The notes beneath the pieces are model-generated. The model did no database searches and had not been told where the DNA came from. It saw nothing but the letters and a program-made list of their open reading frames with translations. A DNA stretch of 64,000 nucleotides from Chamaesiphon sp. (GTDB lineage: Bacteria > Cyanobacteriota > Cyanobacteriia > Cyanobacteriales > Chamaesiphonaceae): positions 64,001 to 128,000 of the forward strand of contig CBDFFH010000043.1 in NCBI GenBank assembly GCA_965246715.1. Direction: 5' to 3'. Position numbers and translations under genes: made by a program. Positions 60,361 to 64,000 of this stretch are shown one piece after another. Each line of letters opens with the position of its first letter. Within the stretch, counting starts at the first letter, position 1.

Positions 60361-63300
60361 ACTGATGATTTTTCGGCCAGGTCACATAAAAAGTTGTCCC
60401 CCGTCCTAAACTCGACTCTAACCGAATCGTACCTTGCTCTGTTTCGACGATCTTTTTGACGATCGCCAACCCAATTCCCGTACTATCACTATTGTCCTGA
60501 ACTTTGAGGGTTTGGAAAATAGCAAAGACTTTTTCGTGATGTTCGGGGGCGATACCGGGGCCGTCATCTTTGATGATAAATTCATGGCAGTCGGGATGTT
60601 CGATCGCCGAAATGTGCAGATGTCCGGTGACAGAAGTATGGTGATTGATGGCGTTGCTAATTAAGTTAGCAAAAACTTGGCTCAAAAATACGCGCTTGGT
60701 GGTAAGGGTTGGTAGCGGTTGCTGAATGTCGATCGTAAAGCCCTCTGGTGGGGCGAGAGAGTCGATAATCTCGCTCAGGAGTTCGGCAAGGTCAAATGTT
60801 TCCAACTGGGCTTCTTGTCTTCCGGCGCGGGCGTACAGCAGCAAACTGTCAATCATTGATTCCATCCGTTTGACGCGGGTGCGGAGGAGCTGAAACTGTT
60901 GCTGAGAGTCTGGTGGCAACTGACCGTCTAAATCCTCTTCAATCCAGACTGACAAGTTAGAAATCGCCCGTAGGGGAGCTTTGAGATCGTGGGAGACAGT
61001 ATGTACGAAGCTGTCTAGCTCCTTGTTACGTTCGGCAAGTTCTGCTTCGGCTTGTTGCAGATCGGTAATGTCGGTATTGGTGCCAAACCAGCGTCTAATT
61101 TGTCCTGACTCATCGCGGATCGGCACTGCGCGAGACAAAAACCAGCGGTATGCGCCATCTCGACCTCGGAGCGGAAATATATCTTCCCATTCTTCACCGA
61201 TTTCGAGATGATGGCGGAATAGCTTCACTACTCGATCGATATGTTCGGGATGATGAACGCTTTGCCAGCCCCAGCCCTGCATCTGTTCTAGCGTCGTACC
61301 TGTATACTCAAACCAGCGACGGTTGTACCAGAAGATCCAGCCGTTTTCGTCGGTCATCCACGCAAACTGAGTGATATTATCGGCTAAAGTGCGGAATCGC
61401 TCTTCACTCTCGCGTAATTCTGCTTCAGCGCGTTTGCGATCGGTGATTTCTTGGACGACGACATTAATCCCCGCGATCTGTCCGGTTTCATCCCTCAGCG
61501 GATAACAATTTTGAATCCAAGTTCTCTGGACTCCAGGTTGAGCTAGAGTTTCACCACTAATTTCGATATTTAGCAGTGGCTCTCCGGTGGTGAAGATGCT
61601 GTTCAGGATCGGTTCGTCTTCATCTGCCACACTAGGCACGATTTCGCGCAGCGTGCGACCGATATGGTCGTCAATATCGATACCATTAATTTCTGCCAGC
61701 CGCTGATTGAGGCGGACATAGCGCAAGTCTCGATCGAGAATTGTTAGCCCGATGGGTGCGGTTTGATAAATCGCTTCGATCTCCATCAGTTGTCGTTGCA
61801 CGAGTAATTGACTCTGATGTAACTCTTCCTCTGTGCGTTTACGTTCGGTAATGTCGGTAGTAAAGCCAACGATATTTATCATTTGTCCGTGCGAATCATA
61901 CTGGAAATAGCTGCGATCGGACACGTATACCCAGTGCCCTGCGGCATGACGGACGCGATATTCGCTTTCAAAGCGAGCTATCCCCACTGGAGCTGCTAGG
62001 AACTCCGATTGGGTGCGCTCTAGGTCATCGGGATGCACTCGATCCATCCACCAATCGTTCGTTGGCGGCACATCTTCTGGTCGATAGCCCAGCAGCTCGA
62101 ACAGTCCTTTAGATCGATAGATTGTTTTTGTTTGGAGATTCCACTCGTACACCATCCCTCGCACTGCTAGCATCGCTGACTCAAATCGGGCGTTACTCTG
62201 GGCTAGGTTGGCTGTGGCGACTTGCCGTTCGGTAATATCGTAGTTGATGCCGTCAAACGAGATTGGTGCGCCGTCAGGGGCATATGTTGCCTTGCCAGCC
62301 GATCGAATCCAGCGAATTTCGCCTGTGTTTGGGTGGACTGCTCGGTGGTCGATCTCATAGAGAGTGCCCTCTCGCAGTGCAGCTTCAACCGCCAGCCGAG
62401 TTGGTTCGCGATCGTCGGGATGGACGCGACTCCAGAACAAGTCGATCGTCGCCTCGGCATCGGGCGGCACAAAGAATAGTTCCCTAGTGCGATCGTCCCA
62501 ATTGAGTGCGCCCAATGGGAGTGAGTTGAGCCATAGCCCGATCCCAGTGTTGTTCAGTACAAATTCCAGTCGCTCTCGATACAGTAGTATTTCTTGCTCT
62601 GTCTGCTTACGTTCCGTAATATCCTGCACCGTGCCGCGCAAGCCGACGATCGTTCCAGCCGGATCGCGCACGACTTCGCTACGAGTAGTAATCCAGATCG
62701 GCATACCATCATTGCGGAATGCTGGTAAGTCCAATTCGTAGCCGATTCCGGTGTCTAGGCTGCGCTGCACCTCTGCATTGAGCTGCTGCCAGCTTTCGTG
62801 CGAATACAGCCAGCCAGCTTGAGCAGCGAAATTGGGCAAGGTATCGCGGGGGTCGAATCCATAAATCCGCGCCAGTTCGTCCGAGCCAGTGGTGACATCG
62901 GTTTGCGTGTCCAAATACCAATTACCAATCTTACCAATCCGTTGCGCCTCTGTGAGTTCGGCTTCACGCAGCCGGAGTTGCGATTGTAATCGTTTGAGTT
63001 CGGTTACATCGGTAAACGTTGCCACGCAGCCGCGCACGGCGTGGTGCTCGTCAAATAGCGGCACGGCAGTTACCAACCAATCGAATGCCGCTCCGTCTGC
63101 TCGTACCATTTGGATTTCGACATCTCGCACCGCTTGCCCCTGCGCGGTTGCCAGTTGCATTGGGAGCTGGTCGCCAAGAAGTTCTCGACCATTGTGGTAT
63201 TGACGGAATGGTAAAGTTTCAGCTTCCGCTCCAGTTGCCGAAACGTTGGTATCAGGGGATACCTTCAGCATATTTTGCCCGAATTGATTGGTGCGAATGA

Positions 63301-64000
63301 CGTTACAATGCGGATCGTCCGCGATCGCCACACCTACTGGTAGCGCATCGAGGATCGTTTGCAATTCCTCCGCTTGAAAAGCCAGATCGCGGTTGAGTTG
63401 GTGATTTTTCAGCTCGGCGATTTTGCGATCGCTAATATCGAACATCACTCCAACAGACCGCATAGCTGCTCCTGCCTGGTTCTCGAGAAATTGTCCGGTT
63501 GCTGCTACCCACACGACTCGTCCGCTATCAGCGCGAACGAGCCGATATTCGCTGCAAAAGAGCGATCTCTCGCGTTGGGCAATTTCCCACGCCTGTGTCA
63601 CCGCTGCGAGATCGTCAGGATGAACGAGACTTAACCACATCTCGACAGTGGCTGCGCCATCAGTAACTGGATCGTAGCCCAAAATCTGGAATTGTTTGGC
63701 AGACCAGATGGTTTTACCTGTAGACAAATCTGCATCCCAGGTTGCCATATCTGCGGCAGCAAGTGCCAAATTCAGCCGTTCTTCGCTCTCGCTCAGGTTC
63801 TCGATCGACCGTTTACGGTCGATCGTAATACTAGCAATCTTAGTGCCAAATTCCCCTACTCGATCTTCCCGATCGGTTGGCAATCGTGCCTCACTAAAGC
63901 ACAACATCAGCGAACCGAGGGGTAAATTATCGCTCCCGATGATGGGGAAGGAATAACAAGCCCGAATGCCATGCGCGAGACATAAGTCCCGCCAGCTTTG
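60359..64000 (-). CDS. Multi-PAS/GAF sensor histidine kinase (5' part outside the window)
   Basis: The frame is open to the window edge (QSWRDLCLAHGIRACYSFPI..., a GAF end). It has multiple PAS/PAC repeats, HisKA VSHDLKAPLRAI and HATPase DDGPGI and GIGLAIV. Confidence 0.93.
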   Translation of the reverse strand, partial: QSWRDLCLAHGIRACYSFPIIGSDNLPLGSLMLCFSEARLPTDREDRVGEFGTKIASITIDRKRSIENLSESEERLNLALAAADMATWDADLSTGKTIWSAKQFQILGYDPVTDGAATVEMWLSLVHPDDLAAVTQAWEIAQRERSLFCSEYRLVRADSGRVVWVAATGQFLENQAGAAMRSVGVMFDISDRKIAELKNHQLNRDLAFQAEELQTILDALPVGVAIADDPHCNVIRTNQFGQNMLKVSPDTNVSATGAEAETLPFRQYHNGRELLGDQLPMQLATAQGQAVRDVEIQMVRADGAAFDWLVTAVPLFDEHHAVRGCVATFTDVTELKRLQSQLRLREAELTEAQRIGKIGNWYLDTQTDVTTGSDELARIYGFDPRDTLPNFAAQAGWLYSHESWQQLNAEVQRSLDTGIGYELDLPAFRNDGMPIWITTRSEVVRDPAGTIVGLRGTVQDITERKQTEQEILLYRERLEFVLNNTGIGLWLNSLPLGALNWDDRTRELFFVPPDAEATIDLFWSRVHPDDREPTRLAVEAALREGTLYEIDHRAVHPNTGEIRWIRSAGKATYAPDGAPISFDGINYDITERQVATANLAQSNARFESAMLAVRGMVYEWNLQTKTIYRSKGLFELLGYRPEDVPPTNDWWMDRVHPDDLERTQSEFLAAPVGIARFESEYRVRHAAGHWVYVSDRSYFQYDSHGQMINIVGFTTDITERKRTEEELHQSQLLVQRQLMEIEAIYQTAPIGLTILDRDLRYVRLNQRLAEINGIDIDDHIGRTLREIVPSVADEDEPILNSIFTTGEPLLNIEISGETLAQPGVQRTWIQNCYPLRDETGQIAGINVVVQEITDRKRAEAELRESEERFRTLADNITQFAWMTDENGWIFWYNRRWFEYTGTTLEQMQGWGWQSVHHPEHIDRVVKLFRHHLEIGEEWEDIFPLRGRDGAYRWFLSRAVPIRDESGQIRRWFGTNTDITDLQQAEAELAERNKELDSFVHTVSHDLKAPLRAISNLSVWIEEDLDGQLPPDSQQQFQLLRTRVKRMESMIDSLLLYARAGRQEAQLETFDLAELLSEIIDSLAPPEGFTIDIQQPLPTLTTKRVFLSQVFANLISNAINHHTSVTGHLHISAIEHPDCHEFIIKDDGPGIAPEHHEKVFAIFQTLKVQDNSDSTGIGLAIVKKIVETEQGTIRLESSLGRGTTFYVTWPKNHQ

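Noticed and set aside
1..64000. Very frequent GCGATCGC/CGATCG palindromes
   Set aside because: This is the known cyanobacterial HIP1 repeat. It is useful for taxonomy but not novel.

Overview
This is a cyanobacterial chromosomal segment: HIP1 GCGATCGC/CGATCG is very dense and the gene families are typical of cyanobacteria. A Chamaesiphon-like origin is only a guess. Housekeeping genes include pyrB, mgtE, purF, topA, tex, spp, a 2-Cys peroxiredoxin and a desC-type desaturase. The window also holds a PatA-CheY-CheW-MCP-MCP-CheA chemosensory operon, a UDP-glucuronate decarboxylase/ugd/wzc polysaccharide block, a complete mysABCD mycosporine-like amino acid cluster, and several signalling proteins (a CheB/CheR hybrid kinase, a multi-PAS kinase and a REC-wHTH-Hpt-REC regulator). 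Mobile DNA comprises an intact IS1-family element with an 8-bp TSD, a matching 182-bp MITE, other MITE-like and REP-like elements, and very small dispersed repeats that are often nested. The most notable observations are: (1) a TetR regulator fused to an apparently catalytically dead tyrosine-recombinase domain, divergent from the desaturase, with two operator-like palindromes between them; (2) two tandem micro-proteins sharing CxHCxRTATNGxxCxxIC, one absent from the ORF track; (3) a possible HicA-like/release-factor-like fusion. No rRNA, tRNA or CRISPR array was recognised. All family calls come from reading motifs by eye, without database searches.
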